Of a stretch of 64,000 bases of DNA, positions 12,335 through 25,900 are shown piece after piece. The DNA is taken from the NCBI RefSeq assembly GCF_018977255.1, contig NW_024704743.1, positions 17,548,001 through 17,612,000 of the forward strand, given 5' to 3'. The translations under genes and the position numbers were made by a program. The stretch comes from Callorhinchus milii (taxonomy: Eukaryota). Under the pieces are notes generated by a model. That model did not search any database and was not told where the DNA came from. It saw only the letters and a list, made by a program, of their open reading frames with translations. Numbering within the stretch: the first letter of the stretch is position 1; the number at the start of each line of letters is the position of its first letter.

Positions 12335-12893
12335 GCAAGGACAGGAGGTCAGGCAGGAGGGAGGAGGCAGGAGGCGGGGTGGAGGAGGCAGGAGAGGCAG
12401 GCAGGAGGCAGGCAGGAGCAGTAAGGCAGCAGACAGGCAAGGCAGGCAGGCAGGGTAGGAGGTAGGCAGGCAGGAGGTAGGTAGGCGGCAGGTAGGCAGC
12501 GGAGGCAGGGAGGGCAGGCAGGAGGTAGGTAGGCAAGGTAGGTAGGTAGGAGGTAGGTAGGAGTAGGAGGAGGGTAGGTAGGTAGGTAGGTAGGAGGCAG
12601 GGGAGGAGGTAGGTAGGAGGTAGGTAGGTAGGTAGAGTAGGGGAGGAGGAGGTAGGAGGGGAGGAGGTAGGGTAGGGAGGAGGAGGGGGAGGAGGGAGGG
12701 AGGAGGAGGAGGAGGTAGGGAGGAGGTAGGTAGGGGGGAGGTAGGTAGGAGGGTAGGAGGTAGGTAGGGTAGCAGGCAGGTAGGCAGGCAGGTAGGCAGG
12801 TAGGCAGGTAGGTAGGCAGGTAGGTAGGCAGGTAGGCAGGTAGGCAGGCAGGTAGGTAGGTAGGTAGGCAGGTAGGTAGGCAGGCAGGTAGGT

Positions 12894-12928
<35 letters not shown>

Positions 12929-12990
12929 TAGCAGGCAGGCAGGCAGGCAGGCAGGCAGGTAGGTAGGCAGGCAGGCAGGCAGGCAGGCAG

Positions 12991-13035
<45 letters not shown>

Positions 13036-13036
13036 G

Positions 13037-13085
<49 letters not shown>

Positions 13086-13088
13086 GGC
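12335..13088 (+). repeat. Compound (GGCA)n/(GGTA)n/(GGA)n microsatellite
   Basis: Directly visible; source of the spurious PACL/PTYL ORFs. Confidence 0.97.
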
Positions 13089-13299
13089 AAAGCAAACAAA
13101 AAAAACACGACTGGAAGACAGAATCAATAGCAAAGGTCGCAACCTCATGCAACAACTTGCATATATATATATATATATAACACTCCTCACACAGGGCAGC
13201 GCTCATTGACTAAAACAGCGAAATGAATTCCTCTCCCCACCCCCCCACACCCCCTCCCACGCAAATACACGTTGTTTTTTTGGGGGGGAAAAAGAGAGC

Positions 13300-14110
13300 C
13301 GTTGCTTTCTCTCCTACTGCCGAGTGACCTCTGTGCAGCGTGAAGTGAAGCGCGGGGCCGCGGGGCCGGAGCGGTGCAGTCCCGAGTCCGAGTCAGTCAG
13401 TCAGTCAGAGCGCACAAGGCCACGCGCCCCTCACCCACCGGAGAGTCGGTCACAGCGGCCGGAGGCTCCGGGACAACGTCCTCTCGCTCCCCCAACCCCA
13501 GCCCCGTCCGGTGTCCTCGCTGCGGCCCGTGTCTGCGCTCTTCAAGGCCGCTGCCTTCCCCGTCCCCTCGCACATGGTCGCCCTCTGAGCCACGCCGAGC
13601 CGAGCGGTGACATTGACCCCCCCCCCCCTCCCCGCCCCGAGGAGAGACGAGACGTTGCCGCCCCCCGAACCCGCTTCGTCCGGTCCCGCCCCCGTGTAAG
13701 CGCTCCGCACTGCTTCACACCGCCGCCGCTGCTCTCTCTCTCTCTCTCTCTGTCACTCTGTCACTCTCACACTCGGCTCCGCACATTCGCGACTGGACCC
13801 CGTTCCTTCCAAACCCTTATTAAAATTCCGTGTTGGATGGGGACCCTCCGCGGCTGATTCGAAGGGGAATCCTCGACTTGAAGTGTAAGTGTGTGTCTGT
13901 GTTTTTTTTTTGTGGGGGGGGGGGGGGACAAAAATATACCGTTGAAGCAATCCAGCGGCGCGCGCGCGCCGTGCGGAAAGTGCGGCGCTGGGAACCGGCG
14001 GTTGGTTTACTCGCTCCCCCCCCCCCCCCCCCGTAGCGCGCATCGCGAGCGGCGGGAAAAAGGAACCAACGGAAAAAAAACAGAAGAGGCTCTCGAGACC
14101 AGAGGGCCGA
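13300..14110. promoter_or_regulatory. CpG island, putative bidirectional SLC25A40/DBF4 promoter
   Basis: Very GC- and CpG-dense block between divergent genes; candidate donors: minus strand after 13435 (|gtgagg), plus strand after 13884 (|gtaagt) or 14113 (|gtgagg). TSSs not determinable. Confidence 0.8.
14051..14060 (-). promoter_or_regulatory. Canonical E2F site (TTTTCCCGCC on minus strand)
   Basis: GGCGGGAAAA inside the CpG island; DBF4 is an S-phase gene; function inferred. Confidence 0.5.
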
Positions 14111-14910
14111 GGGGTGAGGGAGGGAGAGAGGCTGAGGGGGAGGCAGGGAGGGAGGGCAGGGAGTGAGGGGGAGGGAGGGCAGGGAGTGAGGGGGAGGGCA
14201 GGGAGTGAGGGGAGGGAGGGCAGGGGGAGAGGGAGGGAGGGCAGGGAGGGGGAGAGAGGCTGAGGGAGGGAGGGCAGGGGGAGAGGGAGAGGCAGGGCAG
14301 GGGGTGAGGGAGGAAGAGGCAGGGCAGGGGGTGAGGGAGGAAGAGGCAGGGCAGGGGGTGAGGGATTGAGGCAGGGCAGGGGGTGAGGGAGGGAGGGGCA
14401 GGGGGTGAGGGAGGGAGAGGCAGGGCAGGGGGTGAGGGAGAGGTAGGGCAGGGAGTGAGGGATTAAGGCAGGGCAGGGGGTGAGGGAGGCAGGGCAGGGG
14501 GTGAGGGAAGGAGAGACAGGGCAGGGGGTGAGGGAGGGAGGGGCAGGGAGTGAGGGAGAGCAGGCAGGGGGTGAGGGAGGCAGGGCAGGGGGTGAGGGAG
14601 GGCAGGGCAGGGGTGAGGGAGGAGGCAGGGCAGGGGGTGAGGGAGGGAGGGCAGGGGGTGAGGGGAGGAGGCAGGGGGAGGCAGGGCAGGGGGTGAGGGA
14701 GGCAGGGCAGGGGGTGAGGGAGGGCAGGGCAGGGGGTGAGGGAGGAGGCAGGGCAGGGGGTGAGGGAGGGAGAGGCAGGGGGTGAAGGAGGAAGAGGCAG
14801 GGCAGGGGGTGAGGGAGAGGCAGGGGGTGAGGGAGGGAGAGGCAGGAAGTAGAGGGGGGGGAGAGAGTCGGGTAGAGAAGATAAAGGAAGGGCAGGGGGT
14901 GAGGGAGGAA
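14110..14910 (+). repeat. G-rich degenerate minisatellite (GGCAGGGCAGGGGGTGAGGGA-like), G-quadruplex prone
   Basis: Dozens of GGG+ runs with short spacers. Confidence 0.92.
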
Positions 14911-16799
14911 GACAGACGAGTAGAGGGGACAGTGAGAGTCTGAGGAGATAGAGGAGGGAAGAGCTTGAGACAGATAGTGAGGAGACAGAAGGACCTGAAC
15001 AGTTCTGGGTCACAGCAGTGCATAAGGACGTCAGTCAGCATTGAGCAGTGACACTCCAGAGACACTCAGCCCACAGCAAAAGAATCACACAGCAAAGGCC
15101 AGTGTTGGGTAAATATGCTTGTTGTTCCCCCTGTGTTGGGTAAATATGCTTCTTGTTCCCCCTGTGTTGGGCCCATTTTCGATATAGTGTTTTTCATGTC
15201 GGTGGATGCCTCAAAGTGCTTCACCGGATTTACTGTAAAGCTTGTTGACAAGACAGAAGCCACACTCATCGGCTCCTGTCAACGTCTTCTACCCTTTGGT
15301 CACCTTCCCCTCCCTTCGGCTGGGAGTCTTGCTCCACCACTGTCAAGCGCTCTGAGATGCTACCCTGCGTGAGGAGCCCCATATAAATGCAAGTTGTTGT
15401 TGTTGTTGTTGCCAAGGATGTTCAAACTAATTTGGTCTATAGGGCATGAAGCACAAACCAAGGTAAACTCGTTTATTTTGAAATCTATGCTGTTAACTGC
15501 ACCAATACCAAGATAGGCCCCAGATGTTAAATTCTGAACAACAACAACAAGATTATATTTTTATAGCGCCTTTCATGTCGGGAGGATGTCCCAAGGAGCC
15601 CCCAAATATACAGTCAATTCACTTATCAGTTAAATTCTGAAGTCTATTAATGAAATATTGCATATTTCAAAAGATGAACATCAGCAAAATAACTTATTTA
15701 AAGTTGAAGCATCAGAGAATGAGATTTGAGATACTTTGAAATGATCTGTTGCTACAGGATCATCAATGTCAGGTTTGATCATCTATGCTGAGTTCAGGTG
15801 CTTCTGTGCCAATGTCAGCTTGGAAGCAAATCTTTGGGATTTTCATCACTGAGAACATATGTTGCCATATTGCGACAAGTGCTTGGGAAAGATGTGAACA
15901 ATCGATATGCAAACAAAAATTGGCAAACCAATTACTTGCATTTCATTTCAAGTCTTATACATGTTACAGAAACTTTGTGAAGCTCCATGAGCTTTTTCCA
16001 TGTGATAAAGTGCTTTATCAAATGCAATGTTGATGATTATCCTTTTGAGTTACTGAATTGAAAAGACAACTTAGAAAAGTTGAGATATTGTTTTGTGAAT
16101 AAGGATGATAGATGATACTGCTGTTATCTTGTGTCATGCAATGGAATGCTTTTCTATTGTTAAGCATTTCTCATTCTTATCTTTCCATTTTTAAATGGAA
16201 AACAACTATTTCTAACTTTCTTATCATGACTAAAATTCAGCGATCAGGTAAATATACAATCCATTACCAGTGCACAAGTATTGGGAGCTTTACACTGGAA
16301 TAATCCAATAGTGCTAAGATATTGAAGTCAAGGGAGGGGTAATGTTTACTTTTGTAGCCAACATCTCTGTAGTGTCTTGAAGAACTTCTGTTTAATTACA
16401 AATTTGAGTCTTGGTCTTCACCCCACAACAAAACCTGTCCAAGCTCTTGGGCTTCACCATATTAAGAATGCCCCCCTTGAGCAAGATATCAGGGATTCTA
16501 TAATAATAATAATCCTTACATTTGATATCGTGCCTTTTCACATCATATTGACCAAGAAGATAGCTATTGCTGGTTGTACAAATTAAATAGGTCATAAATG
16601 TCACAGGTGAACATTGGGTAGAATGTTTTATTTAACATTACATATTCATTACTTTTAAACGTGTTGAGTAATAATCTGCAGTTTTGTGATAAAAAATATA
16701 GAGTTATATTTACAAATATTTAAATATTTAATTCCCTTTTTCAGTTTCAACATGAATTTGAAATGATATGCTATGGAAAGGATATGAGTTTTCCCGAAA

Positions 16800-16845
16800 A
16801 TGAAACCTGGCAGTAACTCTGCAGAAACCAAAATACAGTCAAATA
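16800..16845 (+). CDS. DBF4: DBF4 coding exon 1 (MKPGSNSAETKIQSN); exon starts at 16745
   Basis: ttttcag| acceptor ending 16744, |gtaagt donor; 46 coding nt, phase 1, fits exon 2. Confidence 0.8.
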
Positions 16846-18329
16846 GTAAGTATAGATTAAATATTTAAATCCAATCTTTCATGTGTAAAACTTTTTTTTT
16901 GTTGTTCAAGGATATTTAAACTGAAGAAAGCCTCAAGAATTTGCAGCAGCACTGGAACCATGATTAAAACTTTTTTTCAGTTTCTAGCATTGTTCCTTTC
17001 TTCTTCTATCTTTTTAGATAATGTTTGGACCTATAGGGTCTGGATCAAATCTGATAATAGACTAAAGTTTTCAGTTTCTTCTATGGCTTTGTTTGAGGAT
17101 ATCAGTTTCAGGTATTCCTTACAGCATTGCAATGATTTGGATTCCCAAACAGTATTATGCTGCTGGCGGACTTACCTGGAGATCCTCGCTATTTTGAATA
17201 CTGGACTTACCATTGGAACATAATAACGGGTGCCCCAAGTGCGGGCTCTGACATTGAGGATATTGAATAGAAAATATAAGAGGCTTCAGACCCACTTATT
17301 TATTCTTATTCATATCTGGGGGAAGTGGTGGATACCAACGTTTGCTTGGACACTGTTCTGTGGAACCGCATTGGGAAGGGTACTCTCGTCGTCTTTGTCT
17401 GTCTTCGAGGACAGCAAAGTCCTAATGCAGGTTAACTAAATACCAGGTTACCCAATCACCTTAATGTTCTTGAGGTCCAAGCCAATTCCGTGTACCAGCC
17501 TTTACTCAACACCAGCTGCTTAATCCAGGTCCTCATGCGAGGGGCAATAGCAAATTGACGTGCCCGCTGTGAAGCCCACTTCACCTCCAGGGTGCTTAGT
17601 GTCAGGTCAGTGTAGGTCGGAGCAGCCGCTTCCCGTGTTTGCCACAATTCCACCTTATTGCTTGATCCTGGACTTTGCAAATGGGTCAGAGGAAGCCTTT
17701 CCTAATGGTTAATTCAATGGTCCTAGCTGGACAAGAAGCATTAAGCTTGCTAGTTAGTGTTTGCAATGGCAAGTTATAGGCTTTAGTTGGTTAAATTCAA
17801 GCAATACCCCAACACAAACTCTGGAGTTCCCAAGCCTTGGCTTTTGTCATACTTTCTGGAAAAGGTAAGCAGAGTGTGTCCCTTTGGGAAAAGGGTGCCC
17901 ACTCCATTTCTGGTGAAGGTAAAATTCTAGATGTATATGGCATGAATGTGTGAAAATCATGATCTGGGTTGGATACTCACAAAGATGGTGATGAGTTTCT
18001 CCATGTGATTGACACCTAGCTGACCAAAAAAAGCTCCCAATACCACATTTCCAGAGTGAGAACTCTGGCAGACGAGCTGTTCAAATTTGGAGTGGATCAC
18101 TGAGAAGTGAACAAAAGACTGATGTTTCTCAAATCAAATCTTGATTCCTGTGGGATGTGTCTTGTCGGCTCAACATCTTCCCTAATGACCTTCTTAAGCT
18201 AAAGAATAATTACAATTTTCTTTGTCTAAGCTCTACTGATTTTATTTGAATCTTATTTTTTAAAAAAATCTAACAGATAAAATTTGCTCGTTTCCCTAGT
18301 GGACTCATTATACATTTTGTTTATTGCAG

Positions 18330-18505
18330 CATTTGGGGCACATGGAAAACAAGGAAAAATTAAAGCTACGCTGAAGACATTACAAAGAGGAACTAATAAA
18401 GGAGACAGCAAACTGAAACCTTTTGCTGGAAAGGTGTTTTACCTAGACCTGCCTTCCAATAAGTATACTGAAAACTTAGAAAAGGATTTACAAAATTTGG
18501 GAGGG
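18330..18505 (+). CDS. DBF4: DBF4 coding exon 2, start of motif N/BRCT (KPFAGKVFYLDLPS...LGG)
   Basis: ttgcag| ... |gtatgt, 176 nt; hallmark GKVFYLDLPS. Confidence 0.95.
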
Positions 18506-18670
18506 GTATGTATGTTCAAAACTTCCAAAATTATTGCATTTTGTAATAACATACTACAGTAATATTTAATTTTGTATTGTGTTATCACCTATATTTCTCA
18601 AAACACTTTTTTAAGTCCCAGGTTTATGTCTAAGATTAGAAAGATTATAGTAGCTTGAGCAACTTATGAC

Positions 18671-19580
18671 AAGGGACAATACAAAAGTGCAGAAATATTT
18701 GTCAACGATTATGAGGAAATTTGGAAATTTTGCAGGAAATTGCGGGGAGTTGATTTGTGCTAATGAGGTACATTTTACTGCTAGCCTACATTTTTTCACT
18801 TTATAAGCAAAACATGTTGCAAAAACAATTATTAATTGCTTCTTTAACCAAAAAAGGGTAGATTTTTTTTGGAGGGAGGAGCTCACCACTTCCTGCCCCT
18901 CAGGGCCCAGTACCGCACCCAGACACAGAGACTCACAGACGGAGAGAGGCATACACACGCACTAACACAGAGAGACATACGCACACATTCACACAGAGAC
19001 ACTGAAACACATATACATATACAAGAGACACACAGCCACACTCACAAGCATACATACAGAGGAGAGACACACACACATATGCACTAACAAACATGTACAC
19101 ACAGAGGAGAGAGACCACTCACATAGACACTAACAAACACACACACATACAAAGGAGAGAGACACACTCGCGTAGAGACACTCACAAACACATACGAGGA
19201 GAGAGACACATTCATACAGACTCTCACATAGATACACACAGACACACACACAGACTTACATAGACACTCACAAACTCATAGAAACACAGAGACACAGACA
19301 CTCACAAACAGGGAGAGAGCGACACTGACACTCACAGAAACATAGAGACAGACACACACAGACAAACACATAAAGAGAGACATGCTCACACAGACAATCA
19401 CAACAGTGGGGCATCCGAGTGGAAGGAAGCCCATTTGCACCTGGAGCTGCCTCTGCCCACCGTGATGTCATGTAAACAGCGCTAAGGCCTGCACCTCAGA
19501 AACTGCATTTATAGCGGGTTTGTAGCAGAGGGGGGTTGATTTGTGGCGGATTCCACAGTGATTCCTTTTTAAAAGAGCAA
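18671..19580 (-). mobile_element. Second, inverted copy of the hAT-like element
   Basis: 18690-18850 matches the reverse complement of 11520-11715; 19500-19560 matches the reverse complement of the 10770-11000 region; CA/GA-rich core. Confidence 0.7.
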
Positions 19581-21101
19581 TCTCTTCGAGTATGGCCATT
19601 TATGTTGCTTACACCTTAAATTTGCCTTCCTCCTTCTCACTGCTGTGTGTTCTCTATCATCTCTGTGAAGCATTTTAAGACGTTTGACTTTAATTTCCAC
19701 ACCAGGTTCTCACTCTCTCAGCTTTTTCTGATCATTGTAACATCCCCCGTCTTTGCCACTACCTCTTCCGAGGCCCAGTTTAATGCTTTCATCACCCCAG
19801 ACTCGACTATTGAATGCCCTGCTCATTGGACACCCCAGCGACTCCCTACACAAGCCATTGACCGTCCAGAATTCTGCAGCCTATTTCCTCTCCCGCACCA
19901 TGCTTTGTGTGTCCCTCACCCCATCCTTGCTCAGCTCCATTGACTCCCCACCACCCAATGGATCAAATTCTAGATCCTTGTCCTCGCTTTCAAATTCTTC
20001 ACGTCCTCTTTCCACCCTTATCTCTATGACCTTCTTCAACGCTATTTTGTCTGGCCTTCTATTCAGCAAACTGCCCTGTTTTATACTATCTTTCTTTGGG
20101 GTGGTGGGGGAGGTAAGCGGGGTCTCCTTGGACCTGAGCTGAGCCAAGGTGACATGCTTGGCAAAGGAATTGAGCCAGCCCTCTGTGGCGGTCTAGGCAG
20201 TCTGGTTTCTGAGCCAGGCCAGTCCGCTGTATTCCAGGGCACGGTTGATGACAGCACAACTAATCTGGCTCATCGGCAGGACGTGGAAGGGCAAATGAGT
20301 CACTAAGGGCATGGAATCATCCCATTCTGCTCCTGCTAACCCTGCAAGCCAAAACCCTAACGGTAGAGTGATCCGAGCAGGACAAACAGCAGGAAAGTTT
20401 GCCAGACAGAGATATCAATTGCAAGCTATGTGTTTTTAGCTGCTCAGAATCCAGCAGTACTCCAACACACATTCTGGGGTCCCCAAGCCTTGGCCCTTGC
20501 CAACTTGGTCTAATATTTTCCAGAATTATGATGTGTCCCTCCAGGGAGAGAATGCACATTCCATTCCAACAATCTATCTCTGGGATTTCCACGTGTAGAT
20601 GGATGCATGGAATTCTCAATTTGGTTTGGATACTCTCAAGTATGGTGATGTGTTTCTGCATGTGTCAAATACCCAACTGACCAAAAAACAAATACCCAGT
20701 CTGTTTCACCATCGTTGTGTGAACTTTCAGCCTTTTGTCCTCTGGAACTCCATGTAGGAGCCTTTTACCTTGCCCACATCTCCCTGGCTTCAAAACCTGC
20801 TTTAAGACCTATCTTTTTGACCAAGGTATCAGCCACCTTCCATTTTTGGACTAAACATGATAGTCTTTCTCAGCCTGTACTCAGCAATCAAATATTAAGT
20901 CATATTACGTATTCTGTTGCTCTGATGTCTGGAAGCGCCTGTTCAGCGCTTTGGGACGTCCTCCCGACGTGAAAGGCACTCTATAAATATAATTTTGTTG
21001 TTGTTGAAAACTTGGATCATTGTTGTGCAGAAACAATGTTTATTATGTATGTATAAATTTGTATTATGTGTTCTGCATCACAATTTTTTCTTTTTTTATA
21101 G

Positions 21102-21296
21102 ACAATTGAAAAATTTCTTAGCAAGGATATCAGTTACATAATTTCGAATAGAAAGGAGGCTAAATTTGTACAGGCTGCAGGAAAAAACTCTCCTGTACCA
21201 AGTCCTGATTCTGTTCAGAATGCTGGGAACACTTCTCCTCATCCAAGCAGTCGGAGAGATAGCTATGAAGGAAGCACGCATAAAACTTTGGCGACT
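21102..21296 (+). CDS. DBF4: DBF4 coding exon 3 (TIEKFLSKDISYIISNRKEAKF...SPVPSP...TSPHPS)
   Basis: tatag| ... |gtaagt, 195 nt, phase 0 to 0. Confidence 0.95.
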
Positions 21297-21511
21297 GTAA
21301 GTTTCAGATTCTATAAACACAACTATATTATTGGACTAAACTTTATAGTCTTCCTAAAAAAAAGTTTTTCTTTTTGATCAAAATATAAGAGAAGTCATCA
21401 ATTAAGCTTTTATTATTATTTGTAGATTTAAAAAAATATTGACTCTTACGTGGAACGTGATAGACATTTTGTGTCTCAGAAAATACTGACTGAGTGTGTT
21501 TTAATTGACAG

Positions 21512-21556
21512 ATAAGTCGAGGAAAGAGTTTAGTCAAGAAAGTTATTAAGGAACAG
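21512..21556 (+). CDS. DBF4: DBF4 coding exon 4 (ISRGKSLVKKVIKEQ)
   Basis: gacag| ... |gtaagt, 45 nt; conserved SRGK. Confidence 0.9.
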
Positions 21557-21996
21557 GTAAGTGATGTACTCAAAAAAACAAAAAGAAACGGAATGCAAAC
21601 CTCATTTCATTAATTCCATTTGATTTAGGCTCATTTTAAAAAAAAAATGCTGCCTTGCTCATTAACAATTTAGATTTAAAATGATAATTGCAGTGTTAGA
21701 AACAGAACCCTATAGTGCAGAAGGAAGCCACCTTGCTCAAAGAGCAAGGAGATCACTTCAATCCCACTGCTCTGCTTTATCCCCATACCCCCTAATCCCT
21801 CTGTTTCATATGCCTGTCTATTTCCTTTTGAAAGCTGCAATGGATTCCCACCTCCATCACCCTACTTGGCATTCCACATGCCAACAATTCTCTGGGTGAA
21901 AAAATTCCTCTTGAGTTCTCCTTTTACTTTTCTTGTGGCTCTCTTATAGTGTTGATGTGTATTGTTCAAATGTTCTTCTTTCTCTCTTCCTGTTAG

Positions 21997-22066
21997 GAAC
22001 TTATCCCTGGAAATAGCATCCTGTCGAATGCTCTGGCATGGGGAGTACGAATACTTTACATAGAAG
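21997..22066 (+). CDS. DBF4: DBF4 coding exon 5 (ELIPGNSILSNALAWGVRILYIE)
   Basis: gttag| ... |gtatcc, 70 nt; SILSNALxWGVxIL motif. Confidence 0.95.
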
Positions 22067-22989
22067 GTATCCTTTCAGTTTTACCTTGCCATTTCCAACC
22101 TCAGGTTTCAATCTGATTATTATTCAAAATATATGAGGTAGTAAACAGATGCATGGGAAAAGCAAACTTCTGCAACATTAAATATGTTTTATGTTGGACA
22201 GGAAAGGTTGGCAAAACAGATTTCCTGGTATGTATATAATTAGTAGTGGAACTTTTGCTGCAACCTGTAAATTGAGATTTGTTTACCCAGAGGGTAGTTA
22301 GGATGTGGAATGAATTGCAGGAGAACGTGGTTGAGGCAGGATCTAAATCACCTTTCAAGAAGAAAAAAAAGGAGCAATTTGCAGGGTTATGGGGAAAAAG
22401 GTAGATAAATTCATAATAATAAATAATAAATAGGTTTAATTTTCGGTAGGTCAAGGCAAACGTTAGGCAAGTTTCCTGATTCCACACACACGCCTCTGTT
22501 TATCTAGAAATAAGTAGGAACCCAGTTGTAGGTCGATTGGCAGTTCACTTTCTGGGGGTTATAATCCCTCAAAAAAATCACTAAAACAAAATTGGTCACT
22601 TAACCCACGACTGTTTGTGGGACGCTGCTGTACGCAATTTGCTGCTGTGTTTCTCCCACAAAATACATAATCACTCCACAGTATTTTCTGTGAAGCGCTT
22701 TGTCACCTCTCAACAACATGATAAGGCGCTATATCAAATTGAAGGTTTTTTTATTATTAAATGGGACTGAGAGGATGGCTCTTTCATAGAACTGGCACAG
22801 ACAGAAAGGCTGAATAGCCTTATTCTGTGTTAATTTTGTAGTTCTGTGGGAGTAAGATGAAAACACATAGTTAGTACCCTGTTTTATAGAGTCTCCATAT
22901 ACAACATTTTGACAATCATCTAAAGCAGCATGGTCCAGCAGCCGGGTGGGTGATTTTAAGTGGCCGATTTTATGCAGTGATTTTATGGT

Positions 22990-25900
22990 CACGATCCCCT
23001 TGAGGTCTCGGTGATAGAGAGGCGGCCATTACTGGGTTCAGGCGGAGCTGCCATTTCACAATCTCCCGCCTAAAACCCCGTGTGACATTGCTTCCGCCTG
23101 CCAGGTTTGAATTCCTGGAACCATGTATAGTATAGTCTCCTTTCCCTCTGTCTTTTCCCTGCAGACTGCTTGGTGTTATCTTCTGGATTGGGCAACCTGG
23201 TGGATAACACAATGAGTGCCTTGACCCCTCTCCTCCCTCCGTGCCGCCTCTAGCCACCTGCAGTCTCCAGACTTGTGGGCTGACTGTGCCCCACTAACTG
23301 CCTACCTCAAGTGTCAGCGTGTGCATCTTGGCTACCGCCCCTGACCCGAGCTGCTTTTCCCCCAAAATGCTCCCTACCCTGCAACTCTCCCTCTCTGTCC
23401 TCTCTCTGTCCTCCTCGCCTCCTATACCCACTTGACCTTTGCTCCATTCTGGGACTCCTCTGTCAGGCTCACCGTGACACTCGCCATTGGCTGTCCAGCA
23501 GCAGCCACACTGACTGCCCCATTCCCCATTATCGCCACAAGCCCCAATAGATCCAGACCCTGTGGTCAAACCTCTCCTCCCTCATCCACATTTCCACCCT
23601 CCCTGCCAATCCTCCCACCAGCCCCTCCCATCTCACACATTCCTCTGCCAACTGTTCTCTCTGCATCAGCCTACAAAATGTCCGCTCCCTTTCTAACAAG
23701 GCCCTCGTCATCAAAAACATCATCGTTGATGAAAACATCGATATACTGGCCCTCACTGAAATCTGGATCACCCAGGCGATACCTTCCCCATGATTGAGGC
23801 CACGCCACCTGACTATACCTTCCACCATGCCCCACATCCTAATCGCCGTAGCGGTGGTGTGGTTCTCATCTCCAGGTCCTCACTTGCTCTATCCCCCTAA
23901 ATCACTAGCTCATTCCTCTCCTTCGAGCACCTTACCCTCTACCATCCCTCCAATCTTTTCCTCAAAATTCTAATGATTTATCGTGTTCCCTCCCCCCCAC
24001 CCCAAACTCCCCTACCTTCATCTCTGACATCTCCGCCCGCCTAGCTTCCCTCTGCCTCTGTTCTGAACCTCATCCTAGGTGACCTCATCCTGCACTTCAA
24101 CCCCTCTTGCTCTATCTCCACTGATTTCTCTCCTTTCCTCTCATAACCTCTCCCTCCACATCCACTCTGCCACCCACGTTCATGGTCACCCACTCGACCT
24201 GGTGATTACCTGGGGCTTCAGTGTCTCGGACCTCACAGTCACCGATAAAGTCATCTCAGATCACCATTTCATCTCCCTGATCTCCTCAATCCCTTTCCCC
24301 ACTACTACCCAACCCACCTCGATGTCCTACCGCACTCCCTCTCTGCTGCCTTGGAGTCGTCTGAACTCCTCCCCCCCCTGGACTACCTTCTGTACCAATT
24401 TATCCTCCTCGGTCACTGCTCCACAACTCCCTCTGCACCATTCTCGATGCCCTTACCCTCTTCACCTCCCGCACCCCTCCTACTCAAGCAACTCACCCTG
24501 GTATTCCAGCCACCTCTGTTCACTCAATGCTCCACTGAACGTACCTGCTCAAATCTGATTTAATGGTCCGTTGGCGGATCTGTCTGGACCTTATCAAAAA
24601 ATGTAACGCTCCCTCCTCGCCTCCGCTAAATCATCCTTCTATTCTGAGATAATCTTGGAGGCCAAGGACAACCCCAGGCTCCTCTTCTCCACTACCAACC
24701 GGCTCCTCTGTCCGCCCTCAAACACCTCGCCCATCCTCTCTCCAACTTCAACTGTGAGGAGATGCTGGATTTTCCTCGAGGCCAAAATCGAGGGGATCCA
24801 TTCCTCCGTCTCCGCCCTCCCAACAGCCACCCCCTCCCTGTCTCTCCCTCACACTCCAGCTATGCCTCCCTCCACACCTTCAAACTTGTCTCCCCCTCCT
24901 ATCTCACCACCACTGTAACATGCACGAAGTCCACCACCTACTCCCTCGACCCCATCCTTACCCTCTCCTTACCTCCCAGCTCCACTTCCTCGCCTCTTTA
25001 CTCTCAGGCCTTATCAAGCTCTCCCTGTAAACCTGCACCCTTTCGAAGCACCCCCCCCAACAAACAGCTGTCATCACCCCTATCCTAAAATAACCTCCTC
25101 TGGACCCATCACTGCTTACAAACTACCGCCCCATCTCCAGCCTCCCTTTCCTTTCCAAGGTCCTGGAACAAGTTATTGCTTCCCAGCTTCACTCCTTCCT
25201 CTCCGGCCACTCCCTCTACAAACCCTCCAATCGGGTTTCCGTGCTGCCACAGCACAGAATCAATGCTGTCAAAGTGACAATTGACATTCTGTCCATCTGT
25301 GACCAGGGCTTTCTCTGTTTCCTCGTCCTCCTTGACCTTTCTGCTGCTTTCGACACTGTGGACCATTCTATTCTCCTCCACCGCCTCTCTCACCGCAGCC
25401 TTTAAGGTTCTATCCTTGAATGGTTCAGATCCTATCTCTCACACCAGCTCCACTTTGTCTGCACAATCAGCTTTGGAGTCCTGTAGCTCAGTGGTTAGAG
25501 CACTCGCTTTGCAAGTGAGAGACCTGAGTTCAATTCCAGGCGGAGGGCGAAACCTTGGGCAAGTTTCCTTACTCCACACGCCTAATAATAATCCCTCCAA
25601 AAAAAAAAAAATAATAATAAATTGGTCATTTTCAATCTACGACTGTTTGTGGGACATTGCTGTGCGCAATTGGCTGCCGCGTTCGCCCACAAATATACAG
25701 TCAATTCACTTTAGAGTGTGTTCTGTGAAGCGCTTTGGGACGTCCTCCCGACGTGAAAAGCGCTATATCAAATGCAAGGATTATTATTATTATTATTATA
25801 ATGTTGCGAAGGTAGCGGAAGGCAGAGTGGGTCATGGCACAGATGTGGGAAAGAAAGGAGTTGAGGGTCGAACAAGACGCCCAGGTTCCTGACTGGCTTG

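Noticed and set aside
12063..15065. 261-397 aa Pro/Leu-rich ORFs
   Set aside because: Translations of micro- and minisatellites
15102..15170. Short tandem duplications (31 bp here; about 34 bp near 58930-59000; also 52-97 and 46833-46930)
   Set aside because: Ordinary slippage-type duplications
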